Source of the DNA: Desulfovibrionaceae bacterium
GTDB taxonomy: Bacteria; Desulfobacterota; Desulfovibrionia; Desulfovibrionales; Desulfovibrionaceae
Assembly: GCA_017454005.1 (NCBI GenBank)
Contig: JAFTDU010000007.1
Span: forward strand, 19,522-83,521
Direction: 5' to 3'
Length of the DNA stretch: 64,000 nt
In this document: positions 26,737 through 37,936 of the stretch, piece after piece
Layout of the letters: each line of letters begins with the position of its first letter
Position numbering within the stretch: the first letter of the stretch is position 1
Program-made: the position numbers and the translations under genes
Notes under the pieces: model-generated
What the model was told of the DNA's origin: nothing
Databases searched by the model: none
What the model saw: the letters and a program-made list of their open reading frames with translations, nothing else

Positions 26737-28530
26737 GTGGCAGAGAGCTTTGTGGTAGATGCAAAAAAAGCTGCCCTAAAGCAGCCTAAATTTTTGCCCA
26801 TGAGCCGGCTAGAAATGGATGAATTGGGGTGGGATGAGCTTGATGTGTTATTACTCTCAGGCGATGCCTATGTGGATCATCCATCTTTTGCATGTGCCTT
26901 GTTAGGACGTCTCTTGATAAGTCATGGGTGGCGCACAGGAATCCTTGCGCAACCTAATTGGCAAGACAAAAGAGCAGTGACGCTCTTAGGCAGACCTAAG
27001 CTTTTTTGTGGCATTGCGCCAGGCGCTGTTGACTCCATGCTTGCAAACTACACAGCCATGCGGCAAAAGCGCAAAACTGATGCCTATGCGCCAGGAGGGA
27101 AGATGGGCTTTAGGCCCAATAGGTGCAGCATAGTCTATGCAAATCTTTGCCAGCATGCGTTTCCAGGCTTGCCTGTGATTTTGGGGGGAATTGAAGCCTC
27201 AACGAGGCGCCTCACCCATTATGATTTTTGGACAGATAGCCTACGTAGGCCTCTTCTTTTTGATGCCAAGGCAAGCCTACTAGTCTATGGCATGGGAGAG
27301 CTGGCCATTCTTGAAATTGCGAGCCGCCTAAAAAATAATGAAAGTCTCTTAGGTATCTGGGGAACCGCCTGGATTTCGCGTCTAAAAGACGGGGAGCCTA
27401 TCGATGTTCCAGAAGACTATGTGCATAGTGATGCTATAGTCTTGCCGAGTCATGCCTTATTAATGCAGGATAAAGAGGCACTGCTCAACCAAGCACTTTT
27501 GCAGGAAGAGTTACTGCAACGTGGCAATAAGTATGCCTATGAGCAAGTTGATTCGAGAGCACTCATGATGGCGCCGCCGGCAAGAAGGCTCACAACAGCA
27601 GAGCTAGATTTTCTCTATGAGCTGCCCTTTGCGCGCAAGCAACACCCAAGCTATAAGGCGCAAATAGCTGCCGCAACCATGATTGAGACGAGTATGACAA
27701 GCCACAGGGGTTGTGGGGGCGGGTGCTCTTTTTGCTCCATAGCGCTGCATCAGGGGCGGAGAATTGCCTCAAGATCCAAAGAGAGTCTTGTGCGCGAGGC
27801 CAAAATCTTAGCCAAAGAACATGGGGCCAAGAGGCGGGGCAGGGGCGTTGCCATTTCCGATGTGGGTGGGCCCACAGCTAATATGTGGCAGGCTAGCTGC
27901 ACACATCCTAAAAAAGACAATGCCTCTTGGTATTGCAAGCGGGTTAGTTGTTGTTATCCTGCAATCTGTCCTTTTTTTCATGTGCCGCATGCAAAGCATA
28001 TTGAGTTACTAAGAGCGATTAAAAAGCTAGAAGGGGTTAAACAGGTGCGTGTTGCCAGTGGGGTGCGGGCTGATTTAGCCTTGCAAGATAAATCATGTCT
28101 TGAGGCTTATATCGCCGAATTTACAGGCGGGCAGCTCAAACTTGCCCCAGAGCATTGCGTGCCACATGTCTTAGAGCTTATGCGCAAACCACCCTTGGCT
28201 ATTTTTGAAGAGTTTTTGACTGTGTTTAAGCTTCAAAATAAGCTATTGCACCGCAAACAGTATGTTGTGCCCTATCTCTTAAGTGCCTTTCCAGGTTGTA
28301 CAGATGCTGATATGCAAGAGTTGTCTTCCTGGCTCTCTCAACGCAATTGGACACCTAAGCAAACCCAGTGCTTTATTCCAACCCCTGGCACAGTGGCAAC
28401 TGCCATGTATTATTGTGCGAAAAATGCGCAAGGGACAGCTATCTATGTGGCGCACAGTGATGCCGAACGCCTGCGGCAGCATGAATTATTAGTGCGCCCC
28501 CAAAAAAAAGCCAAGAATAAGCCAAAATAG
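26737..28530 (+). CDS. ygiQ: YgiQ-family radical SAM protein
   Basis: GDAYVDHPSF, GGIEAS.RR..HYDFW, RGCGGGCSFC, SDVGGPTANM, FIPTPGT. Confidence 0.92.
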   Translation: MAESFVVDAKKAALKQPKFLPMSRLEMDELGWDELDVLLLSGDAYVDHPSFACALLGRLLISHGWRTGILAQPNWQDKRAVTLLGRPKLFCGIAPGAVDSMLANYTAMRQKRKTDAYAPGGKMGFRPNRCSIVYANLCQHAFPGLPVILGGIEASTRRLTHYDFWTDSLRRPLLFDAKASLLVYGMGELAILEIASRLKNNESLLGIWGTAWISRLKDGEPIDVPEDYVHSDAIVLPSHALLMQDKEALLNQALLQEELLQRGNKYAYEQVDSRALMMAPPARRLTTAELDFLYELPFARKQHPSYKAQIAAATMIETSMTSHRGCGGGCSFCSIALHQGRRIASRSKESLVREAKILAKEHGAKRRGRGVAISDVGGPTANMWQASCTHPKKDNASWYCKRVSCCYPAICPFFHVPHAKHIELLRAIKKLEGVKQVRVASGVRADLALQDKSCLEAYIAEFTGGQLKLAPEHCVPHVLELMRKPPLAIFEEFLTVFKLQNKLLHRKQYVVPYLLSAFPGCTDADMQELSSWLSQRNWTPKQTQCFIPTPGTVATAMYYCAKNAQGTAIYVAHSDAERLRQHELLVRPQKKAKNKPK

Positions 28531-28609
28531 GCAGAAGTCATAATTGACATTCCCAAGTAATATTTAAGATAAGCGTAATCTGCACATTTTTTTCTTTGCG
28601 AGGGCCTGC

Positions 28610-28831
28610 ATGGCGCACATTTTGGATCGGCTGCAGAGGGTAGAAGAAAACCAATATTTTCAAGAACAATTGGTTGAAGAGTTAAATGCTTTGGTTGTAA
28701 GCCAACAAGCTGAAATTGCAAGTTTAAAACGGGACTTAGATGGCGCTCTGCAAAAGCTACAAGATATTGTGCAGCTGATCGATCTGCATTTTGCAAATAC
28801 GAAGCCGCCCCATTATGCAGAAAAGATCTGA
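28610..28831 (+). CDS. slyX: SlyX family protein
   Basis: FQEQLVEELN coiled coil and C-terminal KPPHY. Confidence 0.88.
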   Translation: MAHILDRLQRVEENQYFQEQLVEELNALVVSQQAEIASLKRDLDGALQKLQDIVQLIDLHFANTKPPHYAEKI

Positions 28832-28902
28832 CATTACAATCTAACATTAAGATCAAACAAGAGCTTTTTTTCTTGCAAGAGAGGGCTTCTTGGGTGTTTA
28901 TT

Positions 28903-29646
28903 ATGTCGAAAAAATATACCTATGCCCAAGAGCAGTGTATTCGCAGTGCAGGAAAGGTTATGCAAAAGACTAATATGCTCTGGCCAGGTGCCAGGGTTGG
29001 TGTTGCTTGCTCAGGCGGCGTAGATAGCTTTGTGTTGCTCAAGGTGCTAAAAATTCGGCAAGGCATAGTGCCGTTTCCATTTGAGCTCATGGTCTTGCAT
29101 CTAAATCCAGGCTTTGAACCAGAGAGTCATACGCCACTCTTTAAGTGGGTGAGCAAAGAGGGTTTAGCTAGCCATTTTGAACTTACAGATTACGGTTTAG
29201 TTGCGCATTCTAATATGAATCGCAGCAAATCGCCTTGTTTTAGGTGCGCGTGGCTAAGACGCAAACACCTCTTTAATCTTTGCCAAAGTTATCATTTGAC
29301 CCATTTGGCTTTGGGGCATAATGCTGATGATTTGCTGGCAACCTTTTTTTTAAATCTGTGCAATAATGGACGTGTGCAAGGGATGCAAATGCATGAGATG
29401 TTTTTTGGGGGAAGTTTGCGCTTAATCCGTCCCTTGTTGCTTTTAGAAAAAAAGACAATAGCAACTGCTGCGAAACAGTGGCAGCTGCCAATAATATCCA
29501 ATGCCTGTCCGTCAGCTGCAACGACCATGCGGCGAGCTATGGAGGCCAAACTTGGAATTTTAACAGGTGAGGCCAAGCAAGCCCGGGCTTCCATGTATCA
29601 TGCCTTGACGCGCTGGCAACTAGAGCTTGAGACACCTAAATCTTAA
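28903..29646 (+). CDS. ttcA: PP-loop tRNA thiolase, TtcA-like
   Basis: SGGVDS PP-loop, PCFRC, LGHNADD, LIRPL. Confidence 0.75.
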   Translation: MSKKYTYAQEQCIRSAGKVMQKTNMLWPGARVGVACSGGVDSFVLLKVLKIRQGIVPFPFELMVLHLNPGFEPESHTPLFKWVSKEGLASHFELTDYGLVAHSNMNRSKSPCFRCAWLRRKHLFNLCQSYHLTHLALGHNADDLLATFFLNLCNNGRVQGMQMHEMFFGGSLRLIRPLLLLEKKTIATAAKQWQLPIISNACPSAATTMRRAMEAKLGILTGEAKQARASMYHALTRWQLELETPKS

Positions 29647-29722
29647 AATATAGATTCTTTTTGCTAATCAGGGGCCTAAAGAAACTTTGGCCCGTTTATT
29701 TACCAGGGGAGGCTGTGATTTT

Positions 29723-30853
29723 ATGAGCACCCAAGAAGTGGCGACCTTTGAAGGTTTGCCTGTGCCTAAAGCCAAAGTAGAGCAGGCCCAAGCGGAAATT
29801 GATTTTAACAATCCGACGCTGACCTTGAGTTATGGCGCCAAGACCATGGATGAAATTTCCAAATTTACGGATTCCTTGCTTGGGAGCGTCATGGTCAAGG
29901 ATTCTGGCCCGGTGGGGCAAGGCCTCTCAGATCTCATGTTGCGTTTAAAAGATGTTGATCTTGATCAGATTTCAAACTCTAATAAAGGCTTTTGGGAATC
30001 ACTACCTGTCATTGGGCGCTTATTTAATTCTCTAGAAAAGACTATGGCCCAGTTTAATACGGTGCTTGAGCAGGTTGAGGGGATTACTAAGAAATTAGAA
30101 GATGCCATGTATGGTTTATTGAAGGATATTAAGGTCTTAGATCAACTTTATAATCATAATAAGAATTTCTATGAAGAATTAACAGCCTATATTGAGGCTG
30201 GTGAAGATAAACTTAATGATGCACGCAACACTGAATTACCACGCCTTGAAGCGATTGCCAAAGAGACCAATGATAATTTAGCTGCCCAAAATGTGCGAGA
30301 TTTTGCTGACAAATTAAACCGTTTTGAACGTAGACTGCATGATTTAAAACTCTCTAGAACCATTACTTTACAAACTGCGCCGCAAATTCGCATGATCCAA
30401 AGTAATGATCAAAATTTAGCGGAGAAAATTCAGACAAGTATCTTGGCAACCATTCCCATTTGGAAGAATCAGATGGTGTTGGCATTGTCGATACATGGGC
30501 AGCGGCAGGCCGCGCATTTGCAAAAGGAAGTCGCGGATACAACCAATGAGATGTTGCGCAAAAATGCAGCCATGTTGCAGAGTTCAACGGTTGAAACTGC
30601 TAGAGAGGTTGAGCGCTCTATAGTTGATCTTGAGACTTTAAAAGATGTGCAGCAGCGCTTAATTTCAACCATTGAAGAGACCATGCACATTGTGCAACAA
30701 GGCAGACAGCAAAGGCATAATGCGGAGAAAGAGCTGCAACATATGGAAGCTGACCTAAGAGATAAATTGACCGCCTTGGCTAAACAAAAGGTGCAGGATG
30801 AAATCACAAGTGCCCATGGTTTAGGTCAGGCACTCTCAAGGAGACAAGATTAG
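29723..30853 (+). CDS. telA: Toxic anion (tellurite) resistance protein, TelA/YaaN family
   Basis: RFERRLHDL, QTAPQIRMIQ, TIPIWKNQ; GGGGAGG RBS. Confidence 0.9.
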   Translation: MSTQEVATFEGLPVPKAKVEQAQAEIDFNNPTLTLSYGAKTMDEISKFTDSLLGSVMVKDSGPVGQGLSDLMLRLKDVDLDQISNSNKGFWESLPVIGRLFNSLEKTMAQFNTVLEQVEGITKKLEDAMYGLLKDIKVLDQLYNHNKNFYEELTAYIEAGEDKLNDARNTELPRLEAIAKETNDNLAAQNVRDFADKLNRFERRLHDLKLSRTITLQTAPQIRMIQSNDQNLAEKIQTSILATIPIWKNQMVLALSIHGQRQAAHLQKEVADTTNEMLRKNAAMLQSSTVETAREVERSIVDLETLKDVQQRLISTIEETMHIVQQGRQQRHNAEKELQHMEADLRDKLTALAKQKVQDEITSAHGLGQALSRRQD

Positions 30854-30963
30854 CCTTTCTTTTCATGGCTGCAGGCGTTTTTTGGTTGCTATCTCAAAGT
30901 ATTTTGAGTTTAGCTAGACATTGATTCAAAAGAATCAAACGATCATTTTTGGGAATTTATCTT

Positions 30964-32238
30964 ATGCCTCCTGCCAATGCACAACCAACGCAACTTTCAG
31001 AGAAAAAATTTAATTTACTGCAACGTATCCTTGTCCATATTTTAGGCATCTCAATTGCAGTAGCCTTAAATAGTAATAATTCGCTGGAAAGCTTTCTTGC
31101 TTATTTAGGCACAATCTGTTTGTTGCCACGTGGAAACTGGTATCAAGTTCCGTGGTTAATTAATTTAGGCGCAGGCGTAATCCAAGCTGTGCTATCTTTT
31201 GTCTTAGGGGTTGGTATTGCAATTGCCTTATTTTTAGGTGGCTGCCAATCCTGGTTGCAGCGCATTTTTAAACAAGGTTTTCAGCTTGGTTGGGATTGGC
31301 TTATAGCGCCCTTTGCCTTAGTTGGCATAGACTTTTTAGTCGATAATGCCGCTGGGAAAGTATCGTTATATGTGCTTGGTATAATTTTTGGGCTGCTGTT
31401 ACTTGTGACTCTTGCCTGCCACTATATTTATAATAAGCTGCATGCTGAGGCACAGCATGCTGAACAATTAAAAACTGATCTGGCAAGAATGCAGAAGGCT
31501 GTGCTTGATCCTGATTTTCCCAAAGAACTTTCTAAGGAAACGCAGCAGTTTACAGAACAGATTGTTTTTTTGCAGGGTAATGTTCAGGGACGAGTGCGGG
31601 AAGCCTTTGCAATAATAGAGCGCATTCATACTACAGTTGAGGCCCTCTTGCGCTATTTAGCCGCCAGTAAGCCAAGTCAAGCTAGTGGTTGGGCCCAAGG
31701 GTTACTGCGTTCAACCAATTGGCGACGCCAAGGGCAGACAGGTGCGAATGAGGTGCAGGCCATCTTGCAAGAAACTATTGTGTATTTGCGTGGGGAACTT
31801 AGGAAATATCGCAGCGTTTCCAAAGATGAAGAGCTGTGGGAAGAAAAGTTTCATCGCTTTGAACTTTTGGCCACAGAACTCACGCAAAAAGCACAATCTG
31901 TGCCTGCAAATTTAGCTACGCCGTCTTTAGAAATAGCTAAGACTACGCTAGAGATTGTGAAAAATATGCGTGAGGATCCGCAAGATAGGAGTCCTGGAGA
32001 GCGTTTCTTAGATCGTTATTTAGTGAGTGTGCATAAAATAATTGATGAATATGTGCGATTATCTCAAGGACCCAAGCAAGCAGAATTAGAAGAAGCCTTT
32101 GCCCGCAGTGTTGATGTTATTGAGCGCATGAATAAGCTTTTTCACGATGAGTTAGTCAATTTGTTACAGAATGATACTATTAATTTTAATGCTGAAGTTG
32201 AAGCGATTGATGCAATGTTGAAGATGAAAGGACACTAA
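30964..32238 (+). CDS. Membrane protein with C-terminal XpaC-like domain
   Basis: N-terminal TM bundle. C-terminal DPQD...ERFLDRYL...IIDEY...NLLQND motif. Adjacent to telA. Confidence 0.75.
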   Translation: MPPANAQPTQLSEKKFNLLQRILVHILGISIAVALNSNNSLESFLAYLGTICLLPRGNWYQVPWLINLGAGVIQAVLSFVLGVGIAIALFLGGCQSWLQRIFKQGFQLGWDWLIAPFALVGIDFLVDNAAGKVSLYVLGIIFGLLLLVTLACHYIYNKLHAEAQHAEQLKTDLARMQKAVLDPDFPKELSKETQQFTEQIVFLQGNVQGRVREAFAIIERIHTTVEALLRYLAASKPSQASGWAQGLLRSTNWRRQGQTGANEVQAILQETIVYLRGELRKYRSVSKDEELWEEKFHRFELLATELTQKAQSVPANLATPSLEIAKTTLEIVKNMREDPQDRSPGERFLDRYLVSVHKIIDEYVRLSQGPKQAELEEAFARSVDVIERMNKLFHDELVNLLQNDTINFNAEVEAIDAMLKMKGH

Positions 32239-32909
32239 ATTTAGATTGCATTTCTTAAACTAAGATAAATTTTTTACGAGTGATTGCAATAGAACATAAC
32301 TAATAAGAGTAGTATATACGCAACATACGACTACAGGCAGATAAAAAGATCATCATGAACGATGTTATTTTAAAGTTTTATGAAAATTAAATTATTTGAT
32401 TGTGTTAGAATGGTAAATAAGTTTGCCATTTGAATTTATTTGATGTTTAATAAAAAAATATTTTATAGATAAAAAATATATTCAATACACTGCAGATAGG
32501 GGAACCGAAGGGCATTACACAATATGACAAGTATGTGCGGTTCCCCACTCTTTCCTACCACATATCCTCACTTTTTATTCCCGCCTAAAACTTTCAAGCC
32601 GATCCCTATAAATTTTTTTATACAGATATAAATTTGACACAGTTGTAAGACAAATAATAAAAGTTTTGCCTAATATTTTTATTGGATCAATAATACAAGC
32701 GTGTGCCTGACTTAAAAGGAATACTTGTTTTTAGAGCTGACTTAACTAGCAAGAAATAAAGACTAGAAGTTTGATACTTGAGTTATTTTTAGCAAAGAAA
32801 GTATTGAATCAGAACTCTTCAAAATTTGTTAGATGGTTTGGTTTAATTTTTATGGTGTGCGTGTAATTTAATATTTCATTATATTATAATGATAATTCGC
32901 TAGAATGTT

Positions 32910-33320
32910 TTACACATTAGAAGTCTTAAACATTTGAATAACTTCACCTTTTCTTTGAGTTGTAGATATACCATCAGTTCTGGGAAAATAAATGACTTTG
33001 CAATAATCTTTTAAAAAATCGAATTTATTATTCCAATCACTACCCATACAAAAAATATCTACATGATATAATTGTATATCAGAGATCTTTTGTTCCCAAT
33101 TGTTTTCTGGAATCACCAAATCAACATATCGTAGGCTTTCTAAAATAGTTTTTCTCTCTTGAAAATTTTGTACACAAACTTTATTTTTCATGTTTTTATT
33201 AAATTCGTCTGTTGAAAGAGCGACAATCAAATAGTCGCCTAATGCTTTAGCTCTCTTTAATAAATTTATATGCCCGTAATGTAATAAATCATATGTTCCA
33301 TATGTTATGACTCGTACCAT
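32910..33320 (-). CDS. tagD: Glycerol-3-phosphate cytidylyltransferase
   Basis: VITYGTYDLLHYGH, ALSTDEFN, MGSDW, RTDGISTT. Confidence 0.93.
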   Translation of the reverse strand: MVRVITYGTYDLLHYGHINLLKRAKALGDYLIVALSTDEFNKNMKNKVCVQNFQERKTILESLRYVDLVIPENNWEQKISDIQLYHVDIFCMGSDWNNKFDFLKDYCKVIYFPRTDGISTTQRKGEVIQMFKTSNV

Positions 33321-33744
33321 AAAGCATCTCGAATAATTTAAGAGATTAATGAACAATATAAAATTGATGACTTGTATTACAAATAGCGATTTGGCAAACT
33401 AAAGCACTATGTAATGTTAAAAAAATGACATATTCTTATATTAGCCTTATTAAAAATAATATAAACATAATACATTTTATTTTTGCCTAATATAAAAAAT
33501 AACTAATTAAACACACTTTAATATAGTTTATGTTATGTTCCTTCAATTTATGATTCATTTATGATATATAGAATATTGCTTAGAAATAGGTGAATAACAT
33601 TGTATACAATTTAGTAATAAAATTTAATTAATTATTATTTGTCATAATTAAAACAATAATCTTCTATTATTATAATTATATAGAGCAATCTTTACAACAG
33701 CACTGTTTACACGCTAAAAGATAGTGTTATATTTTGATAATTAA

Positions 33745-34728
33745 CTAATGATCATGATTTTGTTCTGAGAAATTAATGTCATGAATATGAATTATTCCAT
33801 AGTTATTGTTTCCAAGATCAATGAAAAGTGATGTAATTTTTTTATTATTCATAATCTTAAAAGCATCCTGTAATGACGAATTTTGATCAATTATTATTGG
33901 ATTAGCAGTCATAATATCTTTTGCTCGCTTTGTTAAAAGATTGTCACACATTGATCTTCTTAAATCGCCATCCGTTATGATTCCAATCAATTTACCGTTA
34001 TCAGTTATACCTGTACATCCTAACATTTTATCGCTTATTTCAATAATTACTTTGCTCATTAAATCATTTAAATCGCAGAGCGGAACTTCATTGTTTTGAT
34101 GCATCATGTCTTGCACTTTCAGTAATTTTTGGCCTAGATTTCCTCCAGGATGAAATGATTTAAAATCTTCGGGAGTAAAACCTCGAGCTTGCATAAGAGC
34201 CATTGCGATTGCATCTCCTAAGGCTAAACTCATTGTTGTTGAAGTGGTTGGCGCGCAATCTAATGGACAAGCTTCATGTATAGAAGGAAGTATTAATGAT
34301 AGATCAGAAATCTTTGCTAAAGGACTATGTTGGTCACTAGTAATAGCAATTAACGGTAAAGAATGGATCTTTGCAAAAGTTAAAATATCACTTAGCTCAT
34401 GAGTATTGCCAGAATTAGAGATCGCAACTATCGCATCTCTAACAGTGACCATTCCAAGATCTCCATGTGAAGCTTCAGATGGATGGATGAAATAGGCTGG
34501 AGTACCTGTGCTTGCAAGTGTCGCTGCTATTTTTCGAGCAATGTGACCACTCTTGCCCATTCCTGTTACACCGACCCTGCCTTGAATTTTTAACAAAATG
34601 TCAATACATTTTGAAAATGAGTCGTTTAACGAATTACTTAATTTCAGTAATGCATTACCTTCAATAGTGATTGTCTTTTTCCCAATATCTAAAGCCTGTG
34701 TAGCATCAAATGCATAAAATTTATACAT
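33745..34728 (-). CDS. kdsD: Arabinose-5-phosphate isomerase KdsD/KpsF (SIS + CBS)
   Basis: GMGKSGHIA, ASTGTP, EASHGDLG, APTTST, HPGG and a CBS pair. Confidence 0.93.
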   Translation of the reverse strand: MYKFYAFDATQALDIGKKTITIEGNALLKLSNSLNDSFSKCIDILLKIQGRVGVTGMGKSGHIARKIAATLASTGTPAYFIHPSEASHGDLGMVTVRDAIVAISNSGNTHELSDILTFAKIHSLPLIAITSDQHSPLAKISDLSLILPSIHEACPLDCAPTTSTTMSLALGDAIAMALMQARGFTPEDFKSFHPGGNLGQKLLKVQDMMHQNNEVPLCDLNDLMSKVIIEISDKMLGCTGITDNGKLIGIITDGDLRRSMCDNLLTKRAKDIMTANPIIIDQNSSLQDAFKIMNNKKITSLFIDLGNNNYGIIHIHDINFSEQNHDH

Positions 34729-34880
34729 AAAAACATTCTATCCTTATATTCTATAATATATATTATTTACAGAAGTAATAAAAATATAAATTCATTTAGA
34801 ATGTTGAAATAGTATATATTAAAATACATCATTTTATTTTGAAAAATGTAATTACAAACATCTACATTAAATACGAATAT

Positions 34881-34910
34881 ATCATTTCTTTTTAGAGAAA
34901 AAGAAATGAT
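34881..34910. repeat. Perfect 13-bp inverted repeat upstream of kdsD
   Basis: ATCATTTCTTTTT-AGAG-AAAAAGAAATGAT. Confidence 0.6.
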
Positions 34911-35919
34911 TAAGACACAATCATAACCATAAAATATTTGCAGAGAATAATTTAATATAAAATTTCAAACATACTATTAGTTTAACCATACATCAATAAA
35001 CATTGTATCAATACCATTAATTTATTTATTATCTAAATGTAGCAAGTTCCAATAATTCTAAATTACTTATTTCTACCATATATTTATATAGCTTGTAATA
35101 TTTTATATGTGACCACTACATTAAAACTTAAACTTGAGGTTAATAATTTTTAATTATTAAACACTAAGTCTTGTTATAAATACATTCATTGAAATGTAAA
35201 ACTCACAGAATAACATATGTAAATCATGTATGTAAATGTGATAGTACTTTTATTAGTCAGATTAGTTAGTGATGCTATGTTAGTTACTGTAGTATGTTTA
35301 ATTTGTTTTTATTTAAGTGTACAAAGATATTTACTATTGATTGAGTATGCTTTGAAAAAAGTATGTAGTCAATACATTGATGCGATATAACGCTTTTTAT
35401 ACCCAACAGTATCAAAGAATGTGCTGCAACATGATTGTCAATCTGACACACAGATTAAGTTTAGAAGTATTTAAAATTGTACAAGTCGATATGATTTGAT
35501 GTGCTATAGTTAACGCAAATTATATAATCTGCTTGCAGAGTATAAATGGCGTGCCGTCACCCTAAATATGGCAACTTTAAAAATATTAAACAACTTAATA
35601 ATGTTGCATGCAGCACATATTAGAATGAAAGCACCCATTTATTGTGACCTAGAGGTTTATATGTTTACTGAACCATCTAATAGAGATACAATACTATTTA
35701 TTGATAGCATAATTATAGTAATTTTTGAGCAGAATTCATATGCACATCAGTCAATTATGATACAAATGCAACGAGCTGTAAAAGGAAATATGATTCAATA
35801 AAGTTCAGATCATGAATTTATTTAATCAGAATAATAATGTTATAACAATATCAATATTCTGATATATTTTTTACTATAGTATTATGCTAAACAGATCTGT
35901 ATATATAAATATCATAATA

Positions 35920-37929
35920 TTATTTTAACCATTGACTAATTTTTTGTTTTATTATACATATATCGTTTGAATCAATTGTATAACATTTTTTATAAAAATA
36001 TAAAAGTTTTAAGATTTTTAATTCATCTACATAAAAATCTTCCTGCAATGTATTTTTTATATCATCCTCATTTTTTAATAATTTAGAAACTGCATAATTA
36101 TAATCTGATAGGCCTGTAACATAAACTGATTTTTTATGCATAAGAGCTTCAAAACCGACGCCAGAATTAGCAGTAAATACTGCATCACAATTTTTTAAAA
36201 TAGAATGTACAGAACAGTCAGTTAAAATAACATTTTCTAAATCTTTTATTTTCATTAATTCATTAAATATTTCTAAGCTATTACAGTAAGGATGACGTTT
36301 TACTACAAGCTTATAAGACTTTGGTAAATATTTTAATAAATTACGTAATAAATCTAAACAAGAAATATAAGCAATATTAGATACAATATCAGTTCTTACT
36401 TGCATTGGAATAAAAATGTATCTTGAAGAGCAATGAAAATCATCTGTATTTTGATCATATTTAGAAATATTTTTTTCTACATAATCTGAGTATAATTCAT
36501 TATAATTTGATTTTAATTCTTTTATATCTACATTTTTACAAAAATCGTCAATTAAATTATGAGTTAATGCTAAAGATGAAAATCCAGCGAAACCTTTATG
36601 ATCAATTGAGCAACGTGCATTAAGAACAGATTCTTGAATATGTAGCCACTTTAAATTACTTTTATCTGAATGCGTATGATATGAAATTCCAAATTCGCCT
36701 ATGATATTGTTAGCGAATCTCCAATTATATTGATGCAATGGTATTAACACTACATCTTCCCTAGCATGGAGTATGTCGTAAAGATTTCTGTAAAATTCTC
36801 TAACGGTATTGTATGTAGGTTTTTCATCTTCAGAAGTACTAAAGAAAATAGACGGTATATAAAACTCTATTAATTTTTTATTTGAATATTTTATTTTTTC
36901 GAAAGGAATGATCTCATTGGTATTAGTGATACATAACGGATCTATACATTCTTCGTTTTTTGATGCTATATGTACGATATCAAGTATGTTTTTTAAGTTA
37001 CCGGCAATAATATTATAATAATGTATATAAGTAGCTTTATTTTTAAAATTATGAGATTCAAGAAAATGTTTTAGTACGTCTAATTTTCTAATTTTAAGTA
37101 AGTTTATTAAAAATGATTTAATGTTTTTTGAGTTATAGTTATAATTTTCTATATAATTTTCAATATTATTTTTTATTTCAGCAAAACGTAGATCAATTTC
37201 TCTAGTAAAAAGAACTGAAACTCTTAAAAGCATTGAAAAATATTTAAAATTCACATCACCCTGTAGTTGGAGTATATTAAGAAAAGTCTCATTTGCTTCT
37301 TCTAACATGTTATGTTCAAGTTCAAAAGCAAGTTTTTTATAATATAAATATCCTTTAGTATAATTGCATGCTATTGATAAAAAAATATGAGCTTCTTTAA
37401 TTTTTTCGTCATTTGCATATATTTCCGCAAGTCTTAATAAGTATGTTTCATTATCTGAATAAATCTGTTGCAGTATAATGTATATGTTTCTTCTTAAATT
37501 AAGATCAGAAATTTGTTCGATTTTAGGAAGCATTTTTTTAAAATTAAAAGATGTAATGTTATCCTTAGTAATATTTATTGTAAAATAATTGAAATCACAT
37601 TTTATAAGATATCTAAATAATCTATAAAATAGAACAGCTTTATCTTGGTGCTTAGAAACGGTATCTTTTTTTTTCGATTGATATACTATTTTTTCACTTA
37701 GTTCTTCTTTTAATTTAAATCCATAAAAATTTTGGGGATATAACGCACAAGCTTTATCAGCTAAACTATTCAGTTCTTTAAAATATTTATTGTTTAAATT
37801 ATTTCGTTTGTAAGCGTTTGCCAATAATTTAATTTTTTTTAAAGATGGTTTTTTTTGAAGAATCTTGGACGCTAAAGAAAAACAGTTGAAATAACATAAC
37901 AATATATAAAATAAATTGATTACAAACAT
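35920..37929 (-). CDS. Capsule biosynthesis protein with C-terminal KpsC/KpsS-like domain
   Basis: FIPMQV.TD, VVKRHP, VFTANSGVGFEAL motifs; helical TPR-like N-terminus. Confidence 0.7.
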   Translation of the reverse strand: MFVINLFYILLCYFNCFSLASKILQKKPSLKKIKLLANAYKRNNLNNKYFKELNSLADKACALYPQNFYGFKLKEELSEKIVYQSKKKDTVSKHQDKAVLFYRLFRYLIKCDFNYFTINITKDNITSFNFKKMLPKIEQISDLNLRRNIYIILQQIYSDNETYLLRLAEIYANDEKIKEAHIFLSIACNYTKGYLYYKKLAFELEHNMLEEANETFLNILQLQGDVNFKYFSMLLRVSVLFTREIDLRFAEIKNNIENYIENYNYNSKNIKSFLINLLKIRKLDVLKHFLESHNFKNKATYIHYYNIIAGNLKNILDIVHIASKNEECIDPLCITNTNEIIPFEKIKYSNKKLIEFYIPSIFFSTSEDEKPTYNTVREFYRNLYDILHAREDVVLIPLHQYNWRFANNIIGEFGISYHTHSDKSNLKWLHIQESVLNARCSIDHKGFAGFSSLALTHNLIDDFCKNVDIKELKSNYNELYSDYVEKNISKYDQNTDDFHCSSRYIFIPMQVRTDIVSNIAYISCLDLLRNLLKYLPKSYKLVVKRHPYCNSLEIFNELMKIKDLENVILTDCSVHSILKNCDAVFTANSGVGFEALMHKKSVYVTGLSDYNYAVSKLLKNEDDIKNTLQEDFYVDELKILKLLYFYKKCYTIDSNDICIIKQKISQWLK

Positions 37930-37936
37930 AACTATC

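Noticed and set aside
35568-35801. 77-aa ORF in the AT-rich island
   Set aside because: No RBS or motif, opposite strand to the island genes; probably a chance ORF.
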